Notes: generated by a model not told the origin, from the letters alone. A stretch of 64,000 bases of DNA from an uncultured Eubacteriales bacterium (GCA_900314745.1 OMWK01000005.1:12696-76695); one strand, 5' to 3'; positions 47,570-58,474 are shown, counted from the first letter of the stretch. Numbers and translations are program-made.

Positions 47570-48352
47570 TTAATCTCTAAGTTCCTGAAGGACATAGCCG
47601 ATTATCGAAGCGGCGGAAGCTGCATTAAGCGATTCTGCCTTACCCTGCATCCTTATCTTCACCTTGATATCGCACTGATCTATGGTGGAAGCCTTAAGTC
47701 CCGCGCCCTCATTTCCTATGAAATACGCGGCCGGCAGATCAATCTTCGCCTGACTTAAGTCATCGCCGTGAAGCTCTGCCGCGATGACCTTAACTCCCTT
47801 GCCGTGAAGTGCGCTTATCATATCATTTGAATTTTCAAAGGATGTAATATTCACTCTCCAGATGGAACCCATCGAAGCACGGATGACCTTGTCGTTAAAA
47901 GGATCCACAGTGTTCTTGGTGATAAGAATCCCTGTGAAATCAAAGGCATCCGCGATCCTTATCATGGTTCCGAGGTTGCCCGGGTCCTGTATATCCTCAA
48001 GGCACATGAAGATATCCTTCCCGTCCCCTCTTAAAACCACATCTCCCGAAGAAACTGGTCGTTTTGCAACAAGCGCCATCCCCTGAGGGTGTACGGTCTG
48101 CGATATCTTCTTAAAACACGTCTCGCTTAAAATAAGGCACTCGCATGAGAACCGGTCCGCATGCGCGATTGCCCACGAAGCGTGTTCTTCATCAGCAACC
48201 ACAATTGAAGGCACAACGCCGCATCCGAGCGCGTCCTCACAGCCTCTCACACCCTCAATGAATACGACGCCCTCACGGCGTGCATTCTTACCGTCATGAA
48301 GCGAAGCCAAATACTTTACTTTTGGATTGTCTTTGCTTGTGATGATATCCAC
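47570..48352 (-). CDS. TrmH/SpoU family RNA 2'-O-methyltransferase
   Basis: ITSKDNP, EDIQDPGNLGTMIR, GNEGAG, ESLNAASA. Confidence 0.93.
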   Translation of the reverse strand: MDIITSKDNPKVKYLASLHDGKNARREGVVFIEGVRGCEDALGCGVVPSIVVADEEHASWAIAHADRFSCECLILSETCFKKISQTVHPQGMALVAKRPVSSGDVVLRGDGKDIFMCLEDIQDPGNLGTMIRIADAFDFTGILITKNTVDPFNDKVIRASMGSIWRVNITSFENSNDMISALHGKGVKVIAAELHGDDLSQAKIDLPAAYFIGNEGAGLKASTIDQCDIKVKIRMQGKAESLNAASAASIIGYVLQELRD

Positions 48353-48363
48353 GAATTCACCCG

Positions 48364-50460
48364 TTACTGATCATAAACAACAAAGAGCGCACTTAATGAA
48401 GGAACTCCAGCCTGCATAGGACCGAAGCTTATTCCCTTTATTACGGCGTCTGAACTTAGTGACACGGCAGGAGCCTCTACGGGTTCCAGCTTAAAATCGC
48501 GCCCGCTGTCGTCCAGCTTGAAGTATGCGCCCTTGTGTCCCCTGTTGATAAAAACCACAACCTTGCGTGCACCCTGGGAAGGAAGCACGGTATTGCCGAA
48601 TGCATCCCTGCTCTCATTATCAAGGAACCTCTCGAAAACGATTACGTCTTCGGAAGTGTAAAGCGTCCTGTAAAAACCGGTGCGGAGGACCTGATTCTCT
48701 ACACGAAGCTTAGCAAGCTTTCTGCAGTATTCAAGCTGCTCCACGCCTTCACGGGGAACCTTGCCCCACGGATACGTCCTTCTGTTGAACGGATCCTTAT
48801 ATCCGTCCATGAGAATCTCATCGCCGTAATAAACACAGGGAGCTCCGATGTATCCGATCTGAATTGCGTAACCTAACTTGCAAAGGTCAGCACACCTTGA
48901 AGCCTCGGACTCGGGTACACATATCTTCTGCTGGTCTTCCTTGTTATCGGTATCCCACGGCTTGCTCATCATTGTATAAGCGCGCGGAACATCGTGTGAA
49001 GACAGAAGGTTCATTATGCAGTAGTAGCTCTGCGCGGGATATCTCTCGCGGAAGCCTTCCAGACGTGCGTTGAACACCTTTGCCGATACATATCCCTGAA
49101 GGAACTCGAGCACTGTGGTCCTGAACGTATAACCCATTACAGAATCATGCGTGGAACCGAGCATAAAGTCTCTGTATGAACCATAGGAGCACTTATTGCT
49201 CGCGTCCTCCCATACTTCACCGACGAGCATGCCTTCCCCGCCGGTCTTAGCCTTAATGACATCCCTCATCTGTCTGATGAAAGAATCAGGAAGCTCATCA
49301 GATACATCTAGTCGAAGTCCTGACGCACCTCTTCCAATCCAAGTGTCTACGACACCGCCGTCGCCGAAGATGAACTTTCTGTAGGAAAGATCATTCTCAT
49401 CGACATTGGGAAGATCGGGGAAACCCCACCACGAATCGTAAACGGTGTACCCGTCCTCATTCTTATAGAAGTTGTACCAGGATCTGTACGGACTCTCCAC
49501 GCCCTTCTCGTACGCTTCAAAAGCACCCGTGCCCTCATACCTTCCGAACTTGTTGAAGTAACGGGAATCAGCTCCGGTATGCGAGAACACGCCGTCGAGA
49601 ATGAGTCTTATGCCCTTCTCCCTGCACGCGTTCTGAAGCACAGCGAAAGCCTCGTTGCCGCCAAGCATCGGATCCACATTATGGTAATCGGCAGTATCGT
49701 ATCTGTGAGACGATCTTGCCTCGAATATCGGATTAAGATAGATGATATCTATACCGAGAGACTTAATATAATCGAGATGCTCGGCTATTCCCTTAAGAGA
49801 ACCGCCGAAGAAGTCACAGGCAAGATAACCCGTAGACGGCTTGCCCTTGATATCAACATCCTCGTACCAGTCGTCGTGATATACGCGCTCCTCCCTTGGG
49901 GATGCATTCATCATCCGCTCAACAGTGAACTCCTTATCACGCGCAAATCTGTCCGGGAAGATCTGATAGATCAGAGCGCCCTTCATATGATCAGGAGTCT
50001 TGAAATCCCTTCGGTATGCGGTTATCTGCCATGCATACGGATACTTATCCTCATCGGCGCCGATTCTCGGAGGTTCATGATAAAGCTTGCCCGAACCGTC
50101 CTCGGTGTCGCCCTCAAGGACATAGTACTTGGTGTGGATCTCAGATACCGGCTCATGGTCCTCGTCCTCGGAAGGGACCATCTCAGCGATCCTGAATCTG
50201 AACCAATAGAAAACGAGACCGGGCTCATGCGGGAGCATAAGCCTTGTCTCGTATCTTGTTGTTTCTGTGTCTGTTCCTTCAGACTTTACTTCATGCATCG
50301 GCTCTTCATGATACGAGAAGCCGTAAAGTCCGTAAGAATAACAAAGTGTAACTTCCGAACTGTCAGAAGAAGCGTCGAATCTGATAGTTATCTCAGTATC
50401 AGTCGGCTGCGCACCATAAGGTGACCTGTACAGAGGAAGTCTGGACGCATGAAAGAACAT
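48364..50460 (-). CDS. GH13 neopullulanase/amylopullulanase-type glycogen-degrading enzyme
   Basis: YQIFPDRF, IYLNPIF, HRYDT, ILDGVFSH, catalytic LRLDVSDE / VGEVWED / SSHD. Confidence 0.92.
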   Translation of the reverse strand: MFFHASRLPLYRSPYGAQPTDTEITIRFDASSDSSEVTLCYSYGLYGFSYHEEPMHEVKSEGTDTETTRYETRLMLPHEPGLVFYWFRFRIAEMVPSEDEDHEPVSEIHTKYYVLEGDTEDGSGKLYHEPPRIGADEDKYPYAWQITAYRRDFKTPDHMKGALIYQIFPDRFARDKEFTVERMMNASPREERVYHDDWYEDVDIKGKPSTGYLACDFFGGSLKGIAEHLDYIKSLGIDIIYLNPIFEARSSHRYDTADYHNVDPMLGGNEAFAVLQNACREKGIRLILDGVFSHTGADSRYFNKFGRYEGTGAFEAYEKGVESPYRSWYNFYKNEDGYTVYDSWWGFPDLPNVDENDLSYRKFIFGDGGVVDTWIGRGASGLRLDVSDELPDSFIRQMRDVIKAKTGGEGMLVGEVWEDASNKCSYGSYRDFMLGSTHDSVMGYTFRTTVLEFLQGYVSAKVFNARLEGFRERYPAQSYYCIMNLLSSHDVPRAYTMMSKPWDTDNKEDQQKICVPESEASRCADLCKLGYAIQIGYIGAPCVYYGDEILMDGYKDPFNRRTYPWGKVPREGVEQLEYCRKLAKLRVENQVLRTGFYRTLYTSEDVIVFERFLDNESRDAFGNTVLPSQGARKVVVFINRGHKGAYFKLDDSGRDFKLEPVEAPAVSLSSDAVIKGISFGPMQAGVPSLSALFVVYDQ

Positions 50461-50463
50461 GAC

Positions 50464-52107
50464 TTACTTAGTCTCTTCTTTCTTGCTGTCTGAAGCAGCG
50501 GGCTTCTTTGCTGAAGACTTCTTTGCAGATGACTTCTTGGCAGGTGCTTTCGCAGCGGCCTTCTTAGTCTCAGTCTTCTTTGCTGCAGGCTTCTTATCCT
50601 CGGCCTTCTTCTCCTCAGGCTTCTTCTCTTCCTTAGGAGCTTCCTCCTCAAGAGGAATACCTGTGATGAGAGAATAGAGACCTGCGTACTCCTTGGCACT
50701 CTTCTTCCATGAATAGTCTCCGCTCATGCCGGCCTTAACGAGCTTATCCCAGACATCCTTGTGATTTCTGTAAAGATCGCAGGCGTACTTGGTAACGAAG
50801 AGGAACTCGTGAGCATTGATATTGGCAAATGAGAAACCGTTGCCCTCACCCGTAAACTCGTTATAAGGAGTAACAGTATCCTTAAGTCCGCCTGTCTCAC
50901 GTACAACCGGAACAGTACCGTATGCCATGGATACGAGCTGCGAGAGACCGCAGGGTTCGAACAGTGAAGGCATAAGGAAGATATCGGCACCAGCATAGAT
51001 AGTATGTGCAAGACCTGAGTCAAAATCGATGCATGCGCACATCTTGCCGGGATTTCTGTTAGCCGTATCAACAAGTGCTCTCTCGTAATAGTTATCGCCT
51101 GTTCCGAGGATAACGATCTGCATGCCGTCATAGAGCATCTCATCCAGTACATAGAGGAGAAGATCGAGACCCTTTTGGTCAACGAGTCTGGAAATCATAG
51201 CACACAGAGGTGCACCGGGATTGACCTCGAGACCGAGCTGCTTCTGGAGTGATTCCTTACATGCAGCCTTACCCTTCTGATAGGTCTTGATATCGTACTT
51301 AACCGGGATCTTGTCATCCTTCTTCGGATTGTACTCAAGGTCATTGATACCGTTTAAGATACCGGATACCTTGTAAGCGTACTTCTGAAGAGTATAGTTA
51401 AGTCCCTCACCGTAGTAATCGGTCATGATCTCGTACGCATATGTAGGAGAAACCGTCGTTACGGAATTGGAGAATACGATACCTGCCTTCATGAAGTTGA
51501 TCGCACGGTCCTTGATGCAGAACTCGTCTCTTAAATACTCATCGGGAAGATCGAGCATCTCCCTTACTACATCAGTAGCGTGAACGCCCTGATACTTCAG
51601 GTTGTGGATTGTAAATACGGTCTGCACATTTGTGTGGTAGCCGTGCTTCTTGAAGTGAGCATCGAGAAGCAGAGGCATCATGCCGGTCTGCCAGTCGTTG
51701 CAGTGAAGAACGTTAGGCTCGAAGTTCATGAAGTCACCCATGAAGTCGAGAACAGCTCTTTGATAGAAGCAGTAACGCTCGATATCGAATACATACTCGA
51801 CATAGATCTGATCAAAGTTGAAATAGTATTCGTTATCTACGAAGTAGAAGATCGTTCCGTTCTTCTCGAGCTGGAACAGACCTGCATAGAGTGATCTCCA
51901 GCCCATTCTTACGAGCTTCCAGCCGAGGAACTGCATCTCGTCCTGATACTTGATCTTGATCTTCTTATAAAGAGGAAGGATGACTCTAGCGTCAATATTG
52001 TCCTTGTTAAGTTCTACAGGGAGTGCACCGACAACGTCAGCGAGACCTCCGACCTTAACAAAAGGACTTACCTCAGATGATGCAAATAATACTTTAATCT
52101 TCTCCAT
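50464..52107 (-). CDS. glgA: Glycogen synthase with a 61-aa Lys/Ala/Glu-rich C-terminal tail
   Basis: KVGGLADV, HCNDWQT, TIHNL, ISRLVDQKG, PSLFEPCGL; tail EEEAPKEEKK...KAPAKKSSAKK. Confidence 0.96.
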   Translation of the reverse strand: MEKIKVLFASSEVSPFVKVGGLADVVGALPVELNKDNIDARVILPLYKKIKIKYQDEMQFLGWKLVRMGWRSLYAGLFQLEKNGTIFYFVDNEYYFNFDQIYVEYVFDIERYCFYQRAVLDFMGDFMNFEPNVLHCNDWQTGMMPLLLDAHFKKHGYHTNVQTVFTIHNLKYQGVHATDVVREMLDLPDEYLRDEFCIKDRAINFMKAGIVFSNSVTTVSPTYAYEIMTDYYGEGLNYTLQKYAYKVSGILNGINDLEYNPKKDDKIPVKYDIKTYQKGKAACKESLQKQLGLEVNPGAPLCAMISRLVDQKGLDLLLYVLDEMLYDGMQIVILGTGDNYYERALVDTANRNPGKMCACIDFDSGLAHTIYAGADIFLMPSLFEPCGLSQLVSMAYGTVPVVRETGGLKDTVTPYNEFTGEGNGFSFANINAHEFLFVTKYACDLYRNHKDVWDKLVKAGMSGDYSWKKSAKEYAGLYSLITGIPLEEEAPKEEKKPEEKKAEDKKPAAKKTETKKAAAKAPAKKSSAKKSSAKKPAASDSKKEETK

Positions 52108-52108
52108 A

Positions 52109-53218
52109 TCAGATACCAGCGCCCTTTCCTATAACTACGGGATAATCAGGATGTCCGATAAGTCTTACGCCCGGTCTTACAAATGAATTCTTATCAAGGA
52201 TTACATTCTCAAGATGGCAGTTCTCTGAGATGTGAACGTCCTGCATTACAACGCAGTTCTTAACCGTTGTGTTCTTTGAGATCGTAGCACTTCTGAAGAT
52301 GATCGAGTGATCGATGTCGCCATAGATGCGGCAACCATCGGAGATGATAGAAGTCTTGACCTCGGCATTGTCAAAGTAAAGTGTAGGAGCTTCATCCTTA
52401 ACCTTCGTATAGATAGGCTTGCCGCTCCAGAACAGATCGTTTCTTGTCTCATCCTTAAGAAGTGACATAGAAGCGTTGAAGTATGTCTGAACGCTGTTGA
52501 TACGAAGAGCCGTGCCTGCGTACTCGTAAGCGTAGACCTTAATCTCGTCGAACATCTTAACCATGGAGTGCAGACCGAAGTGTGTCTGTCCGTGGCTCAT
52601 CTGTCTCGAGATGATATCGATGAGCATGTCTCTTCTCAGGCAGATGATTCCGAGTGATGTCTTATTCGAAGTAGCCTTCTGGGGATTGTAGAGCATATCC
52701 TTTACGAAGCCCTTATCATCTGTTTCGAGAATGTAGCACGGATGACCATACTTAAGAGCATCACGGTTATACATTACCGTAAGGTCAGCTCCGCTTGACT
52801 CGTGAGCCTTGATCATATCATCGAAAGTACAGTTAAGGATGATATTGGAATTAGCTACGATGGCGTATGTGGATCTTGAATGTCTTAAGAAGTCGAGAAC
52901 ACCTGCGAGCTCCTCATCACCTGTGATATTGGATGCCTCGGAGTTAACGTACGGAGGCAGGATGTGAAGTCCGTCGTTCTTCCTGTCAAGTGACCAAGGT
53001 GAACCTGTTCCCAGGTGGTCCATCAACGACTTGTACTTGTTATATGTCAGGATACCTACGTTCTTGATACCGGAATTGACCATGTCTGAGAGCATGAAGT
53101 CGATGATCCTGTATCTACCTCCGAACGGAACGGCGGACAGAGCTCTCGGTTCGGAAAGCTCACCCAATCCAATCTTCTTATTGTCGGCCAGTATGAGGCC
53201 CATAACATCATTAAACAT
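52109..53218 (-). CDS. glgD: Glucose-1-phosphate adenylyltransferase subunit GlgD
   Basis: LSAVPFGGRYRIIDF without the GGxGxRL loop; left-handed beta-helix C-terminus; adjacent to glgC. Confidence 0.93.
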   Translation of the reverse strand: MFNDVMGLILADNKKIGLGELSEPRALSAVPFGGRYRIIDFMLSDMVNSGIKNVGILTYNKYKSLMDHLGTGSPWSLDRKNDGLHILPPYVNSEASNITGDEELAGVLDFLRHSRSTYAIVANSNIILNCTFDDMIKAHESSGADLTVMYNRDALKYGHPCYILETDDKGFVKDMLYNPQKATSNKTSLGIICLRRDMLIDIISRQMSHGQTHFGLHSMVKMFDEIKVYAYEYAGTALRINSVQTYFNASMSLLKDETRNDLFWSGKPIYTKVKDEAPTLYFDNAEVKTSIISDGCRIYGDIDHSIIFRSATISKNTTVKNCVVMQDVHISENCHLENVILDKNSFVRPGVRLIGHPDYPVVIGKGAGI

Positions 53219-53242
53219 TTTTATTCCTCCTTCTGACCTTTC

Positions 53243-54499
53243 TTATACTCTGAACTTCTCTTCGATAACGGACTTATCACCCGCATCGATATCCGAATCG
53301 ATCATGGAGTTGCCGGGGATCTCGGCACCGTCCTTGATCTTCAATCCGCGCTCAAATACGCAGATTCCTTCAGAGCACAGCTTGTGGTTCGTATAAGGAC
53401 CTTCGCCCTCGATCTTCGGTCCGGCCTTAACGTCCTTACCGATGATCGTTCCGAAGTCTACGATACATCTTTCGAGTCTCGCGCCTTCCTTAACTACTAC
53501 ACCCGGAAGGAGAACGCAGTCCTTAACGACCGCTCCCTTCTCTACGATTACTGATTCAGACAGAACGGAGTGATTTACTTCACCGAAGATACGGCATCCG
53601 TCTGTAAGAGCTGAGTTGGTAACCTTACCCGACTCACCGATGAACTGTGAAGGCTTAACAGGGTTTCTCGAATAGATTCTCCAGGAACGGTCAACGAGGT
53701 TGATGTCCTCAGGCTTGTCGAGAATATCCATGTTAGTCTCCCACAGGGATGAGATCGTTCCTACATCCTTCCAGTAACCTGCGAATCTGTAAGCAAACAG
53801 CTTCTTACCGCCGTTAAGGAGCATCGGGATGATGTTCTTACCGAAGTCGTTGTTGGACTCGGGATCAGCCTCGTCTCTTACGAGAGCTTCACGCAGAACC
53901 TTCCATGTGAAGCAGTAAACACCCATGGAAGCGAGATTGCTCTTCGGCTTCGCAGGCTTCTCCTCGAACTCAACGATCTGATCCTCACCCTCGGTATTCA
54001 GGATACCGAATCTGGGAGCCTCCTCCCACGGTACTTCGTAAACTGCTACGGTAGCGTCAGCCTCTCTCTCGATGTGGCTTCTAAGCATTGCGCCGTAGTC
54101 CATCTTATAGATATGGTCACCTGAGAGGATTACAACATACTCAGGATCAAAATCATCAAGGAAGTCCTTGTTCTGATAGATAGCATTAGCTGTTCCCTTA
54201 TACCAGTCAGACTTACCTGATCTCTGGTAAGGGGGAAGGATATATGCACCTGCATTGTTACGGTCGAGATCCCAAGGATGTCCGTTACCTACGTATGTGT
54301 TCAATGCAAGCGGCTGATACTGTGACAGGACTCCAACTCGCTCAATACCCGAGTTAACACAGTTGGACAAAGGGAAATCGATGATTCTGTAACGGCTTCC
54401 GAACGGAACCGCAGGCTTGGCTACAGTCTTCGTGAGAACACCGAGTCTTGCTCCCTGGCCTCCTGCAAGTATCATTGCAACTACATCAGTCTTAGCCAT
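53243..54499 (-). CDS. glgC: Glucose-1-phosphate adenylyltransferase
   Basis: [45 protein letters not shown]. Confidence 0.97.
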   Translation of the reverse strand: MAKTDVVAMILAGGQGARLGVLTKTVAKPAVPFGSRYRIIDFPLSNCVNSGIERVGVLSQYQPLALNTYVGNGHPWDLDRNNAGAYILPPYQRSGKSDWYKGTANAIYQNKDFLDDFDPEYVVILSGDHIYKMDYGAMLRSHIEREADATVAVYEVPWEEAPRFGILNTEGEDQIVEFEEKPAKPKSNLASMGVYCFTWKVLREALVRDEADPESNNDFGKNIIPMLLNGGKKLFAYRFAGYWKDVGTISSLWETNMDILDKPEDINLVDRSWRIYSRNPVKPSQFIGESGKVTNSALTDGCRIFGEVNHSVLSESVIVEKGAVVKDCVLLPGVVVKEGARLERCIVDFGTIIGKDVKAGPKIEGEGPYTNHKLCSEGICVFERGLKIKDGAEIPGNSMIDSDIDAGDKSVIEEKFRV

Positions 54500-56540
54500 T
54501 TTTTCCTACCTCCGAATTACTTATGTTCTTCTTTTTATTCTCTGTTGTTTTCTTTGCCGGTGCCTTCTTGGCTGCCGGCTTCTTAGCTGCTGCCGGCTTC
54601 TTCGACTCGACCGGTTTCTTCGCCGCGGTCTTCCTGATCTTCGGCTTCTCGGGATCCTTGACCTTCATGAAGTAAACACCTGCGAGCGGCGGTAAGTTAA
54701 ACTTCACGTGATAAGGCTTACCCTGGAAAGGTTCGTCTATCGCCTCGAAAGTGCCCTCCATGCTTACTCCGGTAGGATATCCGCTACCGCCGAAAGCCAT
54801 ATCGTCCGTATTCAGAACGATCTTGTATGTACCGAGCTCATATACGGGGATCTTGTACTCTTCAAGAGGCTGAGGAACCATGTTAAGAGCAACATAGATA
54901 TCGTTCTCATCCTTCTTGGGACTCTTCCTTGTATAAACGAATACGTTATTGACTGTATCATCAGCCGCGATCCACTCGAAGCCTGCCCATGTATGATCAT
55001 CACGCCAAAGCTGTCCGTGCTCGATATAGAACTGGTTGAGCTTGGAGCAGTAATCCTGGAGGAGTCTGTGTGACTCGTAGTCGAGCATGAACCACTCGAG
55101 CTGCTCGTAGAATCTCCACTCGATGAACTGACCGAACTCAGCGCCCATGAAGTTAAGCTTCGCACCGGGGTGGCTCATCTGATACATGAACAGTGTACGG
55201 AGTGAAGCGAACTTCCTCCATACGTCACCCGGCATCTTATTGATGAGTGAATACTTACCGTGTACTACCTCATCGTGCGACAGGCTAAGAACATAGTTCT
55301 CAGCGAAAGCGTACATCATCGAGAAAGTGAACTCATCGTGATGCCAGCCTCTTGCATATGAATCTGTGGAGAAATAATCCAGAGTATCGTGCATCCATCC
55401 CATGTTCCACTTATGTGTGAACCCGAGACCGCCGTCTTCAACAGGATGAGATACCTTAGGCCAAGCCGTTGACTCCTCAGCGATCATCATTACGCCGGGA
55501 TAATTCTTCCTGATAGTTGAATTGAGCTTCTTGAAGAATTCAATGGCTTCAAGATTCTCATTTCCGCCGTACTTGTTAGGGATGTAGTTCTGACGTCCGT
55601 AGTCCCTGTAGAGCATGGAGCTTACGGCATCAACACGAAGTCCGTCGATATGGAATTCGTTGATCCAGAATACGGCATTCGAGATCAGGAAAGAGACAAC
55701 CTCATTCTTGGAATAATCGAATACATATGTACCCCACTCTCTGTGCTCACCGATTCTCGGATCAGCATACTCATAACAGGGAGTACCGTCGAATCTTACA
55801 AGTCCCTCGAGGTTCTTCGGGAAGTGTGCGGGAACCCAGTCAAGAAGAACTGCGATGCCGCTTTGATGGAGCATATCCACCATGAACTTGAAGTCTGCGG
55901 GAGTTCCGAATCTTGAGGTTGCTGCATAGTAACCCGTAACCTGATAGCCCCATGATGCATCGAGCGGATGCTCAAGAACAGGCATAAGCTCGATATGTGT
56001 GTAATGCATCTTCTTGCAGTAATCAACAAGATCAAGAGCTATCTCTCTGTATGTGAAGAAGTTTCCGTCCGGATGCTGTCTCCATGAACCCAGGTGCATC
56101 TCATAGATGTTGATAGGTCTTGCAGCAAGAGCATCAGGCCTGTTCTTCATGTAATCCTTATCACCCCACTCATAATCATCGGGGTTATAAACGATCGATG
56201 CATTGTTAGGTCTGGTCTCAAAATGTCTCGCATAAGGATCGCCCTTATCGTAGATTCTGGAATCAGCTCCGACTACTCTGTACTTATAGCGGTCCCACTG
56301 GGATACACCGGGAATCTTAACTTCCCAAATACCGGTGCCGCCTAATTTATTCATCTGATTGGAAATTGCATTCCAGTCGTTGAAATCTCCTATAACGCTG
56401 ACAGAGAGAGCATTAGGTGCCCAAACTCTGAAAACATATCCTTCATTACCGTCAGACTCTTTATATGGATGAGCTCCCAAAAGATTGTAGCTCATGTAAT
56501 TGTCTCCGCGGTTAAACAAATAAGCCTCGTCCATACGCAT
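54492..56540 (-). CDS. glgB: 1,4-alpha-glucan branching enzyme with a Lys/Ala/Pro-rich C-terminal tail; start may be ATG 56534
   Basis: [55 protein letters not shown]; tail [18 protein letters not shown]. Confidence 0.97.
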   Translation of the reverse strand: MRMDEAYLFNRGDNYMSYNLLGAHPYKESDGNEGYVFRVWAPNALSVSVIGDFNDWNAISNQMNKLGGTGIWEVKIPGVSQWDRYKYRVVGADSRIYDKGDPYARHFETRPNNASIVYNPDDYEWGDKDYMKNRPDALAARPINIYEMHLGSWRQHPDGNFFTYREIALDLVDYCKKMHYTHIELMPVLEHPLDASWGYQVTGYYAATSRFGTPADFKFMVDMLHQSGIAVLLDWVPAHFPKNLEGLVRFDGTPCYEYADPRIGEHREWGTYVFDYSKNEVVSFLISNAVFWINEFHIDGLRVDAVSSMLYRDYGRQNYIPNKYGGNENLEAIEFFKKLNSTIRKNYPGVMMIAEESTAWPKVSHPVEDGGLGFTHKWNMGWMHDTLDYFSTDSYARGWHHDEFTFSMMYAFAENYVLSLSHDEVVHGKYSLINKMPGDVWRKFASLRTLFMYQMSHPGAKLNFMGAEFGQFIEWRFYEQLEWFMLDYESHRLLQDYCSKLNQFYIEHGQLWRDDHTWAGFEWIAADDTVNNVFVYTRKSPKKDENDIYVALNMVPQPLEEYKIPVYELGTYKIVLNTDDMAFGGSGYPTGVSMEGTFEAIDEPFQGKPYHVKFNLPPLAGVYFMKVKDPEKPKIRKTAAKKPVESKKPAAAKKPAAKKAPAKKTTENKKKNISNSEVGKNG

Positions 56541-56564
56541 GCCTCCGCCTTTTACTACGCGTAT

Positions 56565-56593
56565 ATTATATAATTATTTTTTTATAATTCCAA
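56565..56593 (-). promoter_or_regulatory. Putative sigma-A promoter of the glg operon
   Basis: TTGGAA-17 nt-TATAAT. Confidence 0.6.
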
Positions 56594-56603
56594 CTGAAAA
56601 CAC

Positions 56604-56633
56604 AAAAAAAACGGGGGCTGAAGCCCCTCGTTT
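56604..56633 (-). terminator. Intrinsic terminator after the epimerase gene
   Basis: Minus strand AAACGAGGGGCT-TC-AGCCCCCGTTT followed by TTTTT. Confidence 0.8.
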
Positions 56634-56670
56634 GTGCAATTTTACAAAAGGTTAATATTTGCGTTTGAAC

Positions 56671-57909
56671 TTACAGTTCTTCGCTCGCGCGCTCGTTGCG
56701 TCTTAAGATCTCGCAGCACATTCTGATGTTGTGATACGGACACTTCCATTCATCTACAAGAGGCTTGGAAAGATCCGGTACACCGTCCTTGGATACTTCC
56801 ATATACCATTCGGCAGGTCGGGTCTTAACGATCATGTGATCTCTTATGAATTCCCATGTCTTCCTCTCGGCCATCTTATAACGCTTGTCGCCCGTCTTCA
56901 TGAAGGCATTTACGAATCCGACGACCGCTTCAGCCTGTATCCACCACGCACGTTCTTCCTTAACGATACCGTTCTCGATCTCATAAGCCATGGAGTTTCC
57001 GTCGAATCCGTACTCCAGAGTCTTCTCTGCAAGAGCTGCTGATATCGGCGCCATTCTCTCGGAAAGATTGTCATCTCCCAGGATGCTGCACGTTCTGTCA
57101 AGAAGCCAGCTCATCTCAATATCATGACCTATCGAACGAAGATCTATGAGACTGTTGAAATCCCTGTCAAAGAATACTTCAAGTCTTCCCTCGTTCGGGT
57201 TATAGACCCTGTTCTCTATCATATCGAGGATCTTGTAGATCTTCCTCTTTACGAACTGATCCTTCGTCTCCTTGTTGATCCTGTAAAGCTCGGTATAAGC
57301 CTCCATGATATGAAGGAGAGTATTCATTGTGCGGTAAGCCTGAACTCCGTTCTCAGACAGATGCGGATTGTTATCCATGATGAAGTCCCTGCCGAACGAC
57401 TCGAGATAGCCTATCTCATCAGTGAACATGTTCTCGACGCAGTTCTTGAGATAATACGCGAACTTGAACGCCTCTATGTCACCCGTTACCTCATAATACT
57501 CGCAAAGCGCATATATCGCGAAAGCGTGATTATATGCATGCTTCGTGGTATCGGAAGGCTTGCCGTCATATGTAACGGACCAGTAGATTCCGCCGTATTC
57601 AGGATCGAAGTAATGATCCCTGAAGAATACATAAGCACGTCTTGCTCCCTCGAGGATATCGAGAGAAGAATAACCGGCATCCTGAAGTTTGACTTCACTC
57701 AACGCACCGTCCATGCAAAGCTTGTAGCAGGTGCTCATGACCCAGAGGATACGGCTGTTCAATACACAGCCCTTGTCAGCCTTGGGTTCAATCGTCCCGT
57801 CAGACTTAACATAGCCGTAGTATCCGCCGTACTCTTTGTCCACCATTCCTAACCAGAACGGCAGAAGATCATGTATGAGATGAATCTTAATTTCAGGAGA
57901 AATAGCCAT
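56671..57909 (-). CDS. AGE-family epimerase, probably cellobiose 2-epimerase
   Basis: KGCVLNSRILW, YNHAFAIYAL, RTMNTLLHIMEA, GHDIE, WWIQAE, WKCPYH. Confidence 0.9.
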   Translation of the reverse strand: MAISPEIKIHLIHDLLPFWLGMVDKEYGGYYGYVKSDGTIEPKADKGCVLNSRILWVMSTCYKLCMDGALSEVKLQDAGYSSLDILEGARRAYVFFRDHYFDPEYGGIYWSVTYDGKPSDTTKHAYNHAFAIYALCEYYEVTGDIEAFKFAYYLKNCVENMFTDEIGYLESFGRDFIMDNNPHLSENGVQAYRTMNTLLHIMEAYTELYRINKETKDQFVKRKIYKILDMIENRVYNPNEGRLEVFFDRDFNSLIDLRSIGHDIEMSWLLDRTCSILGDDNLSERMAPISAALAEKTLEYGFDGNSMAYEIENGIVKEERAWWIQAEAVVGFVNAFMKTGDKRYKMAERKTWEFIRDHMIVKTRPAEWYMEVSKDGVPDLSKPLVDEWKCPYHNIRMCCEILRRNERASEEL

Positions 57910-57934
57910 AAAATTATTCTAACATCCCGTGCTG

Positions 57935-58474
57935 TTACTTGGCAAACTCAGCGCCCTTTGAGAAAGCCTCCATGTTACCGGGGATGAACTTATGACGTCT
58001 CTCAGGAAGGATCTCATAAAGAGCGGACTCGAACGACTCCTTCTTAAAGCATCCTGTTGCTGCCGACATACATCCGAGCATGGAGATCGTAGCGAACGCC
58101 ATGTTGCCGAGATCACTTGCTATCTTGCTCGCTTCCATCGGTATGAACTTAATATCCTTACGTGTAGGCTCAACATAGAAAAGTGAAGAATCGATAATGA
58201 GGATTCCGCCCGGATTAAGATATGACTCAAACTTCTCGACAGAAGGCTGATTGAGACAGATAAGTACATCTGCGTTGTTTACTACAGGCGAACCGATGGG
58301 CTCGTCAGAGATAACAACTGAGCAGTTCGCCGTTCCGCCTCTCATCTCAGGACCGTAAGACGGGAACCATGAGACTTCCTTACCTTCATACAAAGCTGCC
58401 TCTGCAGCCATCTTACCTGCGGAAAGAATTCCCTGACCGCCGAAGCCTGCGAGGATTATAGAAAAATCTATCAT
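57935..58474 (-). CDS. 2-oxoacid:ferredoxin oxidoreductase gamma subunit
   Basis: AGFGGQGIL, PSYGPEMRGG. Confidence 0.93.
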   Translation of the reverse strand: MIDFSIILAGFGGQGILSAGKMAAEAALYEGKEVSWFPSYGPEMRGGTANCSVVISDEPIGSPVVNNADVLICLNQPSVEKFESYLNPGGILIIDSSLFYVEPTRKDIKFIPMEASKIASDLGNMAFATISMLGCMSAATGCFKKESFESALYEILPERRHKFIPGNMEAFSKGAEFAK

